Positions 41,763-53,220 of a stretch of DNA of 64,000 nt are shown piece by piece (the stretch's first letter is position 1; each line of letters starts with the position of its first letter). This DNA is from Lama glama (Eukaryota). Below the pieces are notes generated by a model. It searched no databases. It was given only the letters and a program-made list of their open reading frames with translations, and was not told the origin of the DNA. The stretch is taken from the NCBI GenBank assembly GCA_028534125.1, contig CM052817.1, positions 97,464,001-97,528,000 of the forward strand, given 5' to 3'. Both the position numbers and the translations under genes were made by a program.

Positions 41763-41808
41763 TCCCGACCCCCGAGGTTCGGTTCCCGACCCCCGAGGTT
41801 CGGTTCCC
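41763..41808. repeat. Perfect 21-bp tandem duplication TCCCGACCCCCGAGGTTCGGT x2 plus partial third
   Basis: Units at 41763-41783 and 41784-41804. Confidence 0.95.
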
Positions 41809-43239
41809 CGCCCCTTTCCTCGGTCTGCGGAGTTACCTCTGGGCAGAGCAGGCGCAGCCTCCGCTGCCATCGAGCAAGAGGATCACGTTCCCACTCGATT
41901 TGAATTTCCTTGTTTTAACTGTGCCGGAAAAGCGGGTGGTATCAGTGCAGCCAAAGCCCTTTAAACACAGCGTCTCTCCATCGCCCCCCCTCCCCCCGCA
42001 AAAGTGCCAGGGTCAAGAGCTGATGTACTCCTTCCTTATAATTTTGTTGCTGTTATTTATTACTTTCCTATTGGATTTTTCCACTAGTTCTGCTTGAAAG
42101 AAAGCTTACCATCGAGGGTAGTCACTTCTTTAAAATGGGTGGGAGAGGGTGCACATAATTGGGAAAAACAAACAGTAGTGGGTAAGGAAACAACTGTTTT
42201 CTAAGGATCAGGAGTCTGCAAGAAGAAATTTCGGTTTCCCTCCAACTGCGCCCACCTGGACTCTCCTCCCGCCCACCCAAACGCGGTAGTTACTGAGCAA
42301 AAGTATGGGGCTTCTTAACTTTGATTTCTGAGGAATCTGAGGCTCCGCGTATAAGGCTCCGTTTTAGATTCCCGTCTGGCCCAGAGTCAGCCCAGTGACG
42401 TACACGCCTAAATCTGGTCCCCCGGCCCTCGGCGACCCGCAGCCCGGCAGCGGCAGCTGTACAGCCTCCCGCCTCACCCTTGCCCCGTCCCAGCCAAATT
42501 CGGAAGGGCGGGGGTTCGCCCTGTGCCCAAAGGCCCCTCCTCTCCTTACAGTTAATTAAGCTTCAGAATTCCAGACCCCGAATCCAGAAAGACTCGAACT
42601 CTCGGAGGCTCCAGGTAGGGAACTCCCAGGCGGCGGGAGCGACGGCGGAGGCGCAGGAGAGCTGGTCCCGACCCCTGACTCTGGTACTCAGCAGTCCCCC
42701 GCGCCGAGCGGTCCCCAGCGCCCCAGCAGCCAGGAGTCTCCGCGAGTGTCCCAACTTTCCCGCGGGGCCCGCGGTCATGCGCGCTCTCCGGGCCAAGCGA
42801 GCAGCCGGGCATCGATCGCACTCGAGGCCGAGCGCGGGCGGCTGGCAGGAGCGAGGGGAGTTCTGGACCTAATGCCCTGGCACGCGAGAAGACGGCGGCT
42901 CAGCCTGCGCTACCGAATTATTCATTATTAAAGGAATGGACGTGTCTCTTTTACTAAGTTTTTGCCTCCTTTACCGAGGGCCAGTCTTGCGCTGGATCCT
43001 CGGCTTCTTGCAAAATCTAGGTTAGAATCTTGCAGGTACAGCTGCCGCGATTGCTCGCCCGCCGCCCAGCACCCCTGCCCGAAGGCGGCCCGGCGGGCAC
43101 CTTGTCTCCAGCCCACAGCCCACCTCGTCTTGCCAACCCGCGCCCTCTGCGCGGACCATGCCTTTCCCCCGGGCCCCCTGCGCTCCCTGGGCCCTCTCCC
43201 GCCGCTGTCAGCGCAAAGTGACTGTCGCTGCACACTCAC

Positions 43240-43440
43240 CTTTTCTAGGACATGGTGGGGAAGCTGGGGCGCGGGGCGGGGGGTGAGTGGGGGCAGCCAG
43301 ACTCCAGCCGCCGCGGCTGCTACTGCCACCAGCAAGTCCAACACTAGCAGATCGGCGGTAAGGATGGAGAGGAAGATAATCCCGGCAGTCGCCCTACTGA
43401 TGGTGGGTAGAGCAATAGAGCAGTAGTGTTGTTACCCCGC
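43240..43440 (-). other. NR3C2: NR3C2 alternative untranslated first exon 1beta (5' boundary approximate)
   Basis: Consensus donor AAG|GTGAGT at 43240/43239 inside the CpG island, ~2.4 kb upstream of the 1alpha donor. This fits the known 1beta-1alpha-exon 2 order. Confidence 0.7.
43245..43253 (-). other. Minimal uORF (Met-Ser-stop) in exon 1beta
   Basis: CCCCACC-ATG-TCC-TAG-AAAAG|GTGAGT read directly. Confidence 0.65.
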
Positions 43441-43708
43441 AGGAGGAGGCGAGGCGGCGGCGCCAAATCTCGCAGAGGGGGACGCGGGCGCCCGCCCGCC
43501 CCCAGCAGCGGCGGCTGGGCCTCAGGCGGGCCCCTCTCTCGGGGCTGCTGGCCTCCCGGGCCGTGACGGCGGCGGCCCTGGGAGCCGGGAAGTCCGGCGG
43601 GATGACCCCGCGCCGGCCGCCCCGCAGCGGGCTCTCCGCGCGCCCCCTCCTTGGGCCTGGGGTGGCTGGTGACAGCTCGGGCGGCGGAGCGTGTGTGTTT
43701 GTGTCTGT

Positions 43709-43756
<48 letters not shown>

Positions 43757-44720
43757 AGGCGGCGGCCGCAGGGGGAGCCCGCGGCGCCGCGGCCCCCTCC
43801 ACGGGTCACACCCTCACTAGCGGGAGGAGGCGGCAGAGCGTCCAGCCATCAGCTGGTGGGAAACGGGGCTGGGGGCGCCCGTGGCTGCCCTCCCACCCTG
43901 GCCACTGGCTGCGAGAAGGCCGAGGGCGAACGGAACCCCAATACACGTCACCCCCACCCCTCCCCACGGCTCCCCAAAGTCCGACCCTGACCTCGCGGCC
44001 CGGCCTCAGGTGCAGTGCCCGGCCGCGGGGGGAGACGCGGGCTAGGGACCACGCGCGGGGGGCGGGAGGGAAAAGTTTCTTTTCCTGCTTCCCTGCTGCC
44101 CACCCGGCGAGGCGGCTCCTCTCCCCCTTCTCTCGGGCTCGCCGCGCCTGTGCCCCACCCCCACCGTGGGGGGGCGCCGAGGAAGGACAGGGTGCCTGCG
44201 CACGGGGGCGTGTGGGGAGAGTGGCGAGGAGCGGCGGCCGCCACCGGTCCCCTCGCTCTGACAGCGGCTCAGACGCCGCCGCCGCCGCCCGCTCGGCGGA
44301 GCGAGCCGCGAAAGGGGCCGAGCGCTAGGACCCCTCCCCCCCTCCGCTCGCCCGGCGCCGCACGCCCCCGCGCCGCCCCGCGCGCCCCCGAGCCCTCCCG
44401 CCGCCGGGGCAGACACCTACGCAGATGCGAAAGTGAAAGGGGGCGACCCAGGCTGCAGGGCGGCCGGCGGCGCACGGGCGCGCGGCGGGGGGCGGAGGGC
44501 GGAGGATGGAGCTGTGACCCGCGATCCTGGGATTCTCCGGCTCCGGCTGCCCTGCGGAGCCGCCTGCGCTTCCTGGCTCCCCAGCTCTGGAGTCCCACGT
44601 CCTCCCCCCAGCAGCCCCACAGATCACCCCCATCAGGGCATATGTGTGCGTGTTCACGAGCACTCACGTGTGTGAGAGAGACGCTCCAGCCCCAGACTTC
44701 TACCTTCCCGTTACACTTAC
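43441..44720 (-). promoter_or_regulatory. P2 GC-rich promoter region upstream of exon 1beta
   Basis: GC-box-rich CpG island immediately upstream of putative 1beta, no TATA box noticed. E-box CACGTG at 44665-44670. Confidence 0.6.
43691..43755. repeat. (TG)n microsatellite, pure (TG)21 at 43714-43755
   Basis: Read directly. Confidence 0.97.
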
Positions 44721-45299
44721 CCTTAGTGGAGGATTTTGGTGGGGGGATGCATCACTACCACTTAAAGGTTCCCCGGCTTGTTGTCCTTTAGGACTCAGTT
44801 AAACACCACGAAATGACCACACGCGCCCCTTTCCCGGTTTAACGCTCCTTTTCCTACAGACTCTAATGACCCCACCCCGCCCCCCGGCCCCCGGCCCCCT
44901 GCTCTTTGCTGAGTTCCTTCCCGTTTTCTTCCTAAATAACTGTGAAAGTTGTTAATCCCTTCCCATACAAGACCGTGTTAAACACGGAGCTGCCCTGTTG
45001 AAACAATCACTGCCTCTCTTTAACCGCATTCCCACTGTCCGAGTCTCCGGCTTCCCTTTACGCCTGTCCCCCACGCAGTGTTGGCACGACCCTGTTACTG
45101 CATGGCTCAAGGTGGCATCTGGCCTCCAGCAAAACAACCTTGTGCCTGTTTCCTTATTTGCAGGGAATGTGAAGTTCTTAAGGTATTATGTTTTCGGTGA
45201 AATCAAGAAAATAATAATTAAATAATAAATGTTCACAGTTAATAATTATTCGATGAACTTTGAAAAGAACCACCATTTAGAAGTGTGCTGACTGCAAAA

Positions 45300-45510
45300 A
45301 CTGAATTTCGAAATGCATCAAAAATGGGATGGATTGACATTAATGAGTTGATAAAATGGACAAAAGGATGGACAGTTATGTGATTAAAGCAATGTAAGTG
45401 GTACAATATTAGTGGTAGAATCTAGGTGGTGGGCATACAGTTGTTCACTGTAAAATTTCTTAAACTGTTTCATATGTTTCACATTTTTCGTTATGAAATG
45501 TTACAGAAAA
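45300..45510 (+). mobile_element. L1M 3' end fragment
   Basis: GTAGAATCTAGGTGGTGGGCATACAGTTGTTCACTGTAAAATTTCTT. Confidence 0.7.
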
Positions 45511-47451
45511 AGTGTTCTCATTTAAGGTAACATATAATGTAAATTCAGTTTACAAAATTGATAAATTAGGCATTGATTATTCCTTTCCCCTTTACAAAAC
45601 AATTTTCTTTACCCAGTCATTACCCAGATACTTTACCACTAATCAGTAATTTCCATTACAGACAACTTGTCAGGAATCAGACAAGTGGGGTTATTATAAC
45701 TGCAATATTTTAGACATCTAGATTCCTTCCTGTGTCTTCTCTTGCCCAATCTCAAATTTTAATTTTCCATGCTTTAAAAGAGTTTGGTATTATAAAACTA
45801 AGATTGAGTTTTAAGCATTTATAGATACTCTTTTGACAGTTTTCCACACCAAAATCGCTTGAGGGGGGAGGTCCACATGCCTGTATATATCTGCTTCCTC
45901 TCATCCTTCGACAGAAATGTTAGAGATCTTGCCATTACTAATAGGCAAACCTTTATTTTTGGATATTTGTGTATTTGGGTATTTGCCCAAACGTTTGAAC
46001 AATTAAGTTTCCCTCTTCTCTTTATTTTCTTTTGCTGGCTGTAAGAGGTGGTCTGGTGCCACCCTAGAAGGAAAACAGCTCCAGGATAAGATCTATGATT
46101 CCCTTATCCGAAGAGAAAGTGGCACTGATTTTGCTGGGAATCACCCCACAAGTGATGTCTCTGAAAGACTCCATCAAAGATGGAGATGCAGGTTTTTCTG
46201 GTTGTTCAGAATACTCTTCATTCCAATGCCCATTAATAAAGAGCCCTATCAACCTTAAAAATATATGCCTCTAAATGTCGTTACTTGTTTACTTTTTAAG
46301 CTGTCTCTTAACAAACTTTGTTCTTTTCATCCTTTTGGATATTTTTTTTCTTTGCAAAAGGATGGAAATGTATTTTTAAGAAAAACAAAAATTAAGAAAG
46401 GCAAAGTACAGAATGGGACCTCAACTTCATCTCCAAATAGTTGGAGACTATTTACAGCTGCCAAATAGTCTTAAACCTTGTAGCCGCATCCGATACCTCC
46501 CTTTTGACAATTGTTCACCCTCCTTTCACAGTCGCTGTACCTCAGGACACCTCCTCCCCTCATCCTATTAGTGTCAAACTCCCTGAGGTTTGCTACTGTA
46601 AAGTGCACGTCTCAGCGTTTGCAATTTACATGTGTGACATCACATCCTCTATTATATAACTTCAGATACAAAGCCTAATACCATCTAAGTTTGTGTTGGA
46701 AAAAATCCTCCCTTGCTCTTTATTTCAGTTTTAGCAGAGCTACCCCTTAGTTCTCTGATCCTAATCCCAGTTCTTCAAACAGCTGACAGTGAGGGAGAGA
46801 AAAAAAAACATGGAGTTATTTAAACCATGAAATTATAAGCAACTCCTCCCCACCAATTGAATATATTTTGAAATGTATTAAATACCTCTCCTTTATATCT
46901 TTAATTACTGACCGCAAAGTAAAGCCCATTAGGTATCAAATAATTTAATTGTATTCAATCATTTTAAAAAGTTAAAGGCTAAGCATTTGGTCATAGTTAA
47001 CTTCATTAATAAGCCTAGCCATGCTGGCACTTTTTTTTTTCTTTCTAAAAAGCTGGGCTTTTTTTTTTTCCCCGTCTCTTACCAGCTGTTGGAAAGAGTT
47101 GAGAAAGACAGAGAGAATCAGAGAGAGAAAGGAGGGGGTTGTTAGAGAGAGAAGATGAATAGGAGAAAAGTAGAAGATAGAACTTCTTTGTTTACTGCAA
47201 AACACACATGTTATAGTTTATAAACATTGCAAGCAAATAAGAAATTGTGGACCAGAAGAGAAATACAAAATATATCAGAGTTTTCGTTTATATCCCAAAT
47301 AGACCAAATTCAATTTTCTGGACTACATGGCATATTTTCATTAGCTTTGGTTATTCATTAATTTCCATGTTTGTTTACCTAACTATTTATTCATCTGTCT
47401 ACCTTAATTTCATTTGTAGTCATTTTAAATAGAAAACACACCAACCTAATA

Positions 47452-47599
47452 NNNNNNNNNNNNNNNNNNNNNNNNNNNNNNNNNNNNNNNNNNNNNNNNN
47501 NNNNNNNNNNNNNNNNNNNNNNNNNNNNNNNNNNNNNNNNNNNNNNNNNNNNNNNNNNNNNNNNNNNNNNNNNNNNNNNNNNNNNNNNNNNNNNNNNNN
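47452..47599. other. Assembly gap (148 N)
   Basis: Run of N. Confidence 0.99.
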
Positions 47600-49999
47600 G
47601 AGGGGGAGGAACTTAGAGCAGGATATTTTAATAAAAAATAAAGATATTTGCAATTTCTTCTCTTCTCTCCTCTTTCTCTTAGTTTAGTGCAGGAAATCCA
47701 TCACCTCTAAATAACTGTGCTAACCTTACATAAATAACTGCATGGTTTGTGTGCTCATTAGAATTATGCATCTAGGCTGTTTCTCTGATATTATGTGCAA
47801 TAACAACCACAGAAAAGTGAAACAATCCAGTGGGTCAGATGTGGGAAATGAGTCTCTGTTGAACTTGATGAAAAACTCATTTAGAATTTCTCATTAGGAC
47901 TTCACAGGAGCAGTTAGCTTTTCAGTAGTTGGCGCTATATTTTTAGCAGCATTTTAACAGCTGTCAGTAACAACTAAGACAACATTTTGATCAACACTGT
48001 TTTTTTTTTATTCTAACAAAGATGACTGCAAAGAAACAAAATGCTTGAGGGTTTAAATGTTTAGCTCTGAAAACAAAAACAAAAAAAAGATACTTTCTTG
48101 TGGACATAGAATGTTAAGAATGCATCAAGGGCGGGTGAAAAGGTATCCGCATAAACTGAGGCCAAATGAACTTTTAAGTTTGAATTTTCTGATGCCTAAG
48201 TACACATAATAAAGACGATTTTATTCTTAAAAGGTGTGTTCAGTGTCAGAAACAGACACGTCAGAATAAGAGAATGCTCAGTGTATCTTGTCATATATTT
48301 GCAAGTAGGTCAAGAATAGCCATGTGGGCACCGAAATGAAGAAAATCTTTTCCCTAACATTAGCTTTTATAAAGGGAGGTTATCACATGTCAGATATACG
48401 ACACTGGAAATAGCAGACAGAAAAAAATGTAAGAAGCTTCATGACAGATGTCATCTTTATTCCTAAAGATAGAGGTAAATTTGCTGTGGGTTAAGGCATT
48501 ACAAAGCAAACTAAAACTAATCTCTGCAGGTGTCATATTTCCCTTTCACCTGCAGTCTCCCCCAATTGAGTGATTTTTGTTCTAAGGGAGGTAATGGTGT
48601 ATTATTAAAGCAGCCTACTGAGTCATCCTATTCAGAGGTCATCAACTCATTTCGAGGACCTAATCCAAGTTTTGAGTTTGTCCCAGCTAAGGCAGCTGAG
48701 TATTTCCCACCTCATCTAGCTGGCACAGTGGGGGAATTAATGCATTCTTTTTATCAAATGATATTTTTATTACACTGCATTTATTATTTTTTTTCTAATC
48801 CTTTTGGAGGCACTGATTTATTAGCTCTTTCAATATGAAGCATTTTTTGTTGCTTGGTATGACTTTCTTCAACAGACATGTGCAAGTTTTGTAAAAACTG
48901 AGGGAGATAACCTTTCTTCTTTTCCAGCACAGACCCCTGCCAGATGCAAATCTTTTGGAGTTGATAGTTTTTCACAGGGCATTACATGGTTTTCTTAGTG
49001 CAGAAATTTTGGCCATTAAACATCTCTGTATAAAAATGAAACATGTAAACACCTTCTATATGGAAGGTATATGCCACATCAATTATTAATATTTAAGCCA
49101 CAATCTATTTTAAAGTCTTAGTGCTAATTATAGTTAGATTTTAATATTTTATCAAAACAAGTAGACATTTAAACTAGTTCATTGTTTTTAAAAAAAAAAG
49201 CATTTTAATGACTTTCACCATGAATGTACTGGAACCACATGCTCTAAGTAGAAGCTGGGTAGACTTAACAATGCCACTGTATGACAGTACAGATGGCTTG
49301 CTTGTATAAAGGACCAAATAATCACCTAAGTCATGTCTTTGGATTCTTTTAATACATTTATAGGTGTAACTTTTGCTTTGTTGTTTTGATTTAATACAAA
49401 AGCACCTATTTTCACAATAATTATATATCTCAAAAGAAAAAAATTCCAGGAAAATTATTTTTGTAACTACATCAACTCAATATATACTATTACCCCATTC
49501 ATTTATAAATTACATTGCATTTATTTCCAATTTGAATACCACATGAATTGCAGTTTTGCTTGAAAATGTATTTTTTAAATTACCTTAATTTGTAAATGCA
49601 TTTTCTTACTGTTATAATTGTTATATTGTTTATAGTTGTTATTGTTATAATTCAAAAAAACTGCCAAAGAACAAAATACAACATCATATACACCTATTTT
49701 TTTATCCAGTCTGTGTTACTTCCATGGCACCAAATGGTTATAACACTAGACCACAACTACTAGTATGTTAATAAGCAAGCTATGGATCCAATAGCTAAAT
49801 CAAGATTATTAATCACAGCAAATACAGTCACTGAGAAATTCAAGCAAACACTAACTTCTACAGATAATTCATAAAGCCCAAGGTTAAAGGAGCCCCAAGT
49901 CTCAATCTCCTTGAATGAAAAGTCTGAGCAGTAACTTTCAGCCTATAGCTGTATCTCACTACCCCTTTTCATAAAACCAAATCAAACAGTACAGTAGAA

Positions 50000-50180
50000 T
50001 TAGCTTGCATGGCTTTGAACCCTGACTCCATCACCTACTAACCATATGACCCAGGGCAAATTACTTAATCTTTCTAAATTTAGGCCTTGACATTTGTAAA
50101 ATGAGACAATTGATAGCACAACAGGGTAGGTACTTAGCACAGTACCAGGCTCTAGTTAAGTGCTCTCCAAAAATGTTAGA
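50000..50180 (+). mobile_element. MIR SINE
   Basis: CTCCATCACCTACTAACCATATGACCCAGGGCAAATTACTTAATCT...TGTAAAATGAG...CTTAGCACAGT. Confidence 0.75.
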
Positions 50181-50340
50181 TATCTACCTCCAGAGACTTG
50201 TCATAGAAAATCAGGATTGACTCATTTGAGGTTTTAAGACCTTGCCTCCAACTCAAAGGGTTTTTGAAATCTGTCCACAATCAGAGCCTCACTGGAGGTC
50301 TTCAAGCACTTCAGACTACTAAGAATTCTCTTCCCTAGAA

Positions 50341-50519
50341 CAGTGATTCTCAAATTTTACCCTGCATCACCTGGAGAGCCTGTTAAACAATTACTAGCCC
50401 CACTCTTAGAGTTTTCCATTCAGTAGGTAGCGGGTGGGGCCTAGGAATCTGCATTTCTAACAAGCTCCCAGGTGGATGCTGATACTGGTGCTCTGGGGAC
50501 CACTCTTTGAGAACAACTG
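50341..50519. mobile_element. MER5A (hAT-Charlie MITE)
   Basis: TIRs CAGTGATTCTCAAA / TTTGAGAACAACTG, core ATCTGCATTTCTAACAAGCTCCCAGGTG, 8-bp TSD-like CCCTAGAA/CCCTGGAG. Confidence 0.9.
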
Positions 50520-52439
50520 CCCTGGAGTCTAGTACAAGAAGCAATTGCCCGCAGGCTGCTCACTCTGCAAGGTTTAAGTTATTGCTGACAGCTGCTGATG
50601 AGGGTAGGCAAGAGGAAGGGGTGAGAAGCACAAAGTAGGAGACTGAAGAAAGGAAGTGTCAGGTAGTGACCCAAAGGGAGGTGGGCCTTCACAATCGCAT
50701 AGTTGTTGGAATAATGAGGCTGGCTAGCCGCTGTCGAGTGAGGACTCTCTTTCACTGCGCAGCCCTCAGATTATATGCTGATTTTTCATGACCTCTTGAT
50801 TCTTACCCTGAATCAGTATTTGGGAAGTACTTTACCACTTTCAGGCTCCTATTTGTTTGCTATCGTATTATTTTAAGGCACTAACTTTGGTTTATTTGGG
50901 GGAGGGGGAAGACTGAGAATTAGAAAACCACATTCCTTCAGTTACCTTTGCATGTAGTTCACTGTGGTCAAGTCCAGAGCACTTTTCTCCCTCTGTCCTG
51001 AGTGTGTCATGAAGAAGACCGCATTAGTCTCAAGTTAGGTTTTAATCGATGCTATTTTTCCCCCCAGGTTTTATCTAATTAGAAGGGAATATTAGATCAG
51101 TTGGACATGATGAGCCTCTGACAAAGCCATAGTGGTCATTCCTAGTTCTTAACCAATTATCTTGTGAGGATATCTCCAATACTTTTGTCAGAAATCCAGG
51201 CCTATTTACTTCCATAACAGTTTCATCCCTTCATTAAGAAATGATGTTGACATTGTAAGATTTTACTTCCTTAAGAAGGAAGAAATTCAACCAAGATGGA
51301 TGTTATCTCTGTATTTAGAGAGATGGACCTGGAGAATTATCAAGGAAAGCTGACAGAATAACATAAAGCTGCATTTCTAGTGTTACATAACCTTGACCTG
51401 GAGTGAGATTAGAAAGGGGAAAGAATATCCTACTTGGAGGAAACTTGGTGTTACACTTGGCAGTAGACCCTGACTGGAGCATTTTGTCTTCCACAGGTCA
51501 TGGGAACAGTTCAGAAGGAAAGACAAACATCATTAACAATTTTTGAAAGTAGGAGATACAGGAAAAAATCAAAGTAAGTAGATTTTCTTAACCTGGTAAA
51601 CAGTGACATCATACAAAATTAATCACAAAAAGTCAGGTAGCCCATTGAGTTCATTTTATTTTTTGCTAGTGTGAAAATCACTTAGAGGTTTTGACTGCTT
51701 TTTTTTTAATATAGTTACATTAATATTTAATTATCATATTATAAGGCATAATATATTTTCTAAGTTTGTAAATGTTTCATTAAATATTTCAAGCGTACCA
51801 AAAAATAATCTCAGTCTTCAGTATAGTCATCACCCTCATATTATGAGGTGGGAACATTTTGTCATATTTGCTGCGGAAATATAAAAACGTTCATGGGAGT
51901 GAGCAATTCCTATTTCTTCATAGGGGTTACTGTTGGAGAGGGAGGAAGACAAAAAGTATAGGAGGTAATCGTTCATCACCTGGGGTCTTCACTTCCATTG
52001 TTATAAGCCCTGAGTATTGTATTCTCTGTCCCAGGTTTTAGGAGGAGGGAATTAGCTCTTAACATATCCAAACTACACTCAAAGAGGGGCTGGTGGATAA
52101 TCCCAGCTCATGGTTTCAGTTGAGGACAGGGATTTAAAAGTCAAACTGTTCTCTCTGAGATCCTCAAGAATGAAGATGATGACCGCTTACCTAGGAGACT
52201 ACAGATCCTTGGAAAGGAACAATTCACATTCAGTTCATTTCAACAGTATTGTGTTTTGGGTCACTTTCCAACCGTCTTCCTTCCTAGCCCAATCAATTCT
52301 AATAGGCTTTTACTCAGTGAAGATCGCATGCTGATCTTCAGTCATTACCAAAACTATTCTGATTGGTCGGCCCATGTTTGAATGGCTAAGTATTTTGACT
52401 CTAATCCTAGAGAAAAGTGTTCAGTCCAATTTGAACAGG

Positions 52440-52726
52440 TGTCCTTGTCTATTGGGACTCCTATAACAAAATGCCACAGGCTGGGTAGTTTATAAACAGC
52501 AGAAATTTCTGTCTCATAGTTCTAGAAGCTGGATGGCCAAGGTCATGGTGGAAAGGGCCCGGGAGCTCTGTGGAGACATTTTTTTTATAAGGGTATTAAT
52601 CCATTCATGAGGACTCTGCCCTCATGACTTAATCACCTTCCAAAGGCCCCCTTCCTAATGCCATCACCTTGGAGTGGGAGCTTCAACATATGAATTTAGG
52701 GGGAAAGAAACATTCAGACTATGGCA
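52440..52726 (-). mobile_element. MaLR solo LTR (MLT1A-like)
   Basis: TATAACAAAATGCCACAGGCTGGG...CCCTCATGACTTAATCACCTTCCAAAGGCCCC...TTCAACATATGAATTT; TG...CA ends. Confidence 0.88.
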
Positions 52727-52829
52727 CGGGGCTTAGAAATTCAGCGTTTAACCACTATTCGGCTCAGTTTATTTGCTGATACATTGACCTTTAACCTAGA
52801 AATAATGTTCAGATATTTCATATACTCTG

Positions 52830-53220
52830 ATGTATTAGTCAGGTACAGAGGAAGCTCCTCTACAAAGACACTCCCAAAACACAGTGGCTCAAATAAGAAA
52901 GGAGTTTAATTCGATTTCACATGAAATCTAGAAAAAATGAGTGTAATCCAGGGTAGAGACGTGGTTCTGCTGTGTGAGCCCTTCAGGAACCCATGACTCT
53001 CGTTGCTCCCCAATTCTACAGAGTGCTGTCCTCATCTGTAAGGTGGAGGCTGTGTCACCAGTAGCACATCCATGGTTTTCTATTCAAAAGCAAAAAACTT
53101 TGACAGAATAATTTGCACATATCACTTTTGTTTGTGTCTCATTAGCCAGAGCAATTTTCAAGAAAGACTGACTGGCCATGTGCCCTGGATTTCTACTACT
53201 ACAAGGAAGGAGGGGCAAAG
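52830..53220 (-). mobile_element. Old MaLR LTR (MLT1J/K-like)
   Basis: TGTATTAGTCAGG...CCCAAAACACAGTGGCTCAAATAAG...CTCATTAGCCAGAGC. Confidence 0.6.

Larger units (their letters stand above)
40857..44900. promoter_or_regulatory. CpG island spanning the NR3C2 P1/P2 promoters and first exons
   Basis: Very high GC and CpG density and many GC boxes, with an AT-richer dip at ~42000-42330. Confidence 0.92.

Noticed and set aside
41763-41808. Short direct repeats as a possible CRISPR-like array
   Set aside because: Two adjacent copies with no spacers in a mammalian promoter; no cas genes.
43281-43363. Plus-strand donor-like sites (GG|GTGAGT, CG|GTAAGG) suggesting an antisense lncRNA
   Set aside because: No matching downstream exon could be supported from sequence alone.
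42480-44791. Many 100-260 aa Arg/Gly/Pro/Ala-rich ORFs on both strands, including CVCV/HTHT ORFs
   Set aside because: These reflect stop-codon scarcity in a CpG island and translation of the (TG)n repeat; no recognisable domain.
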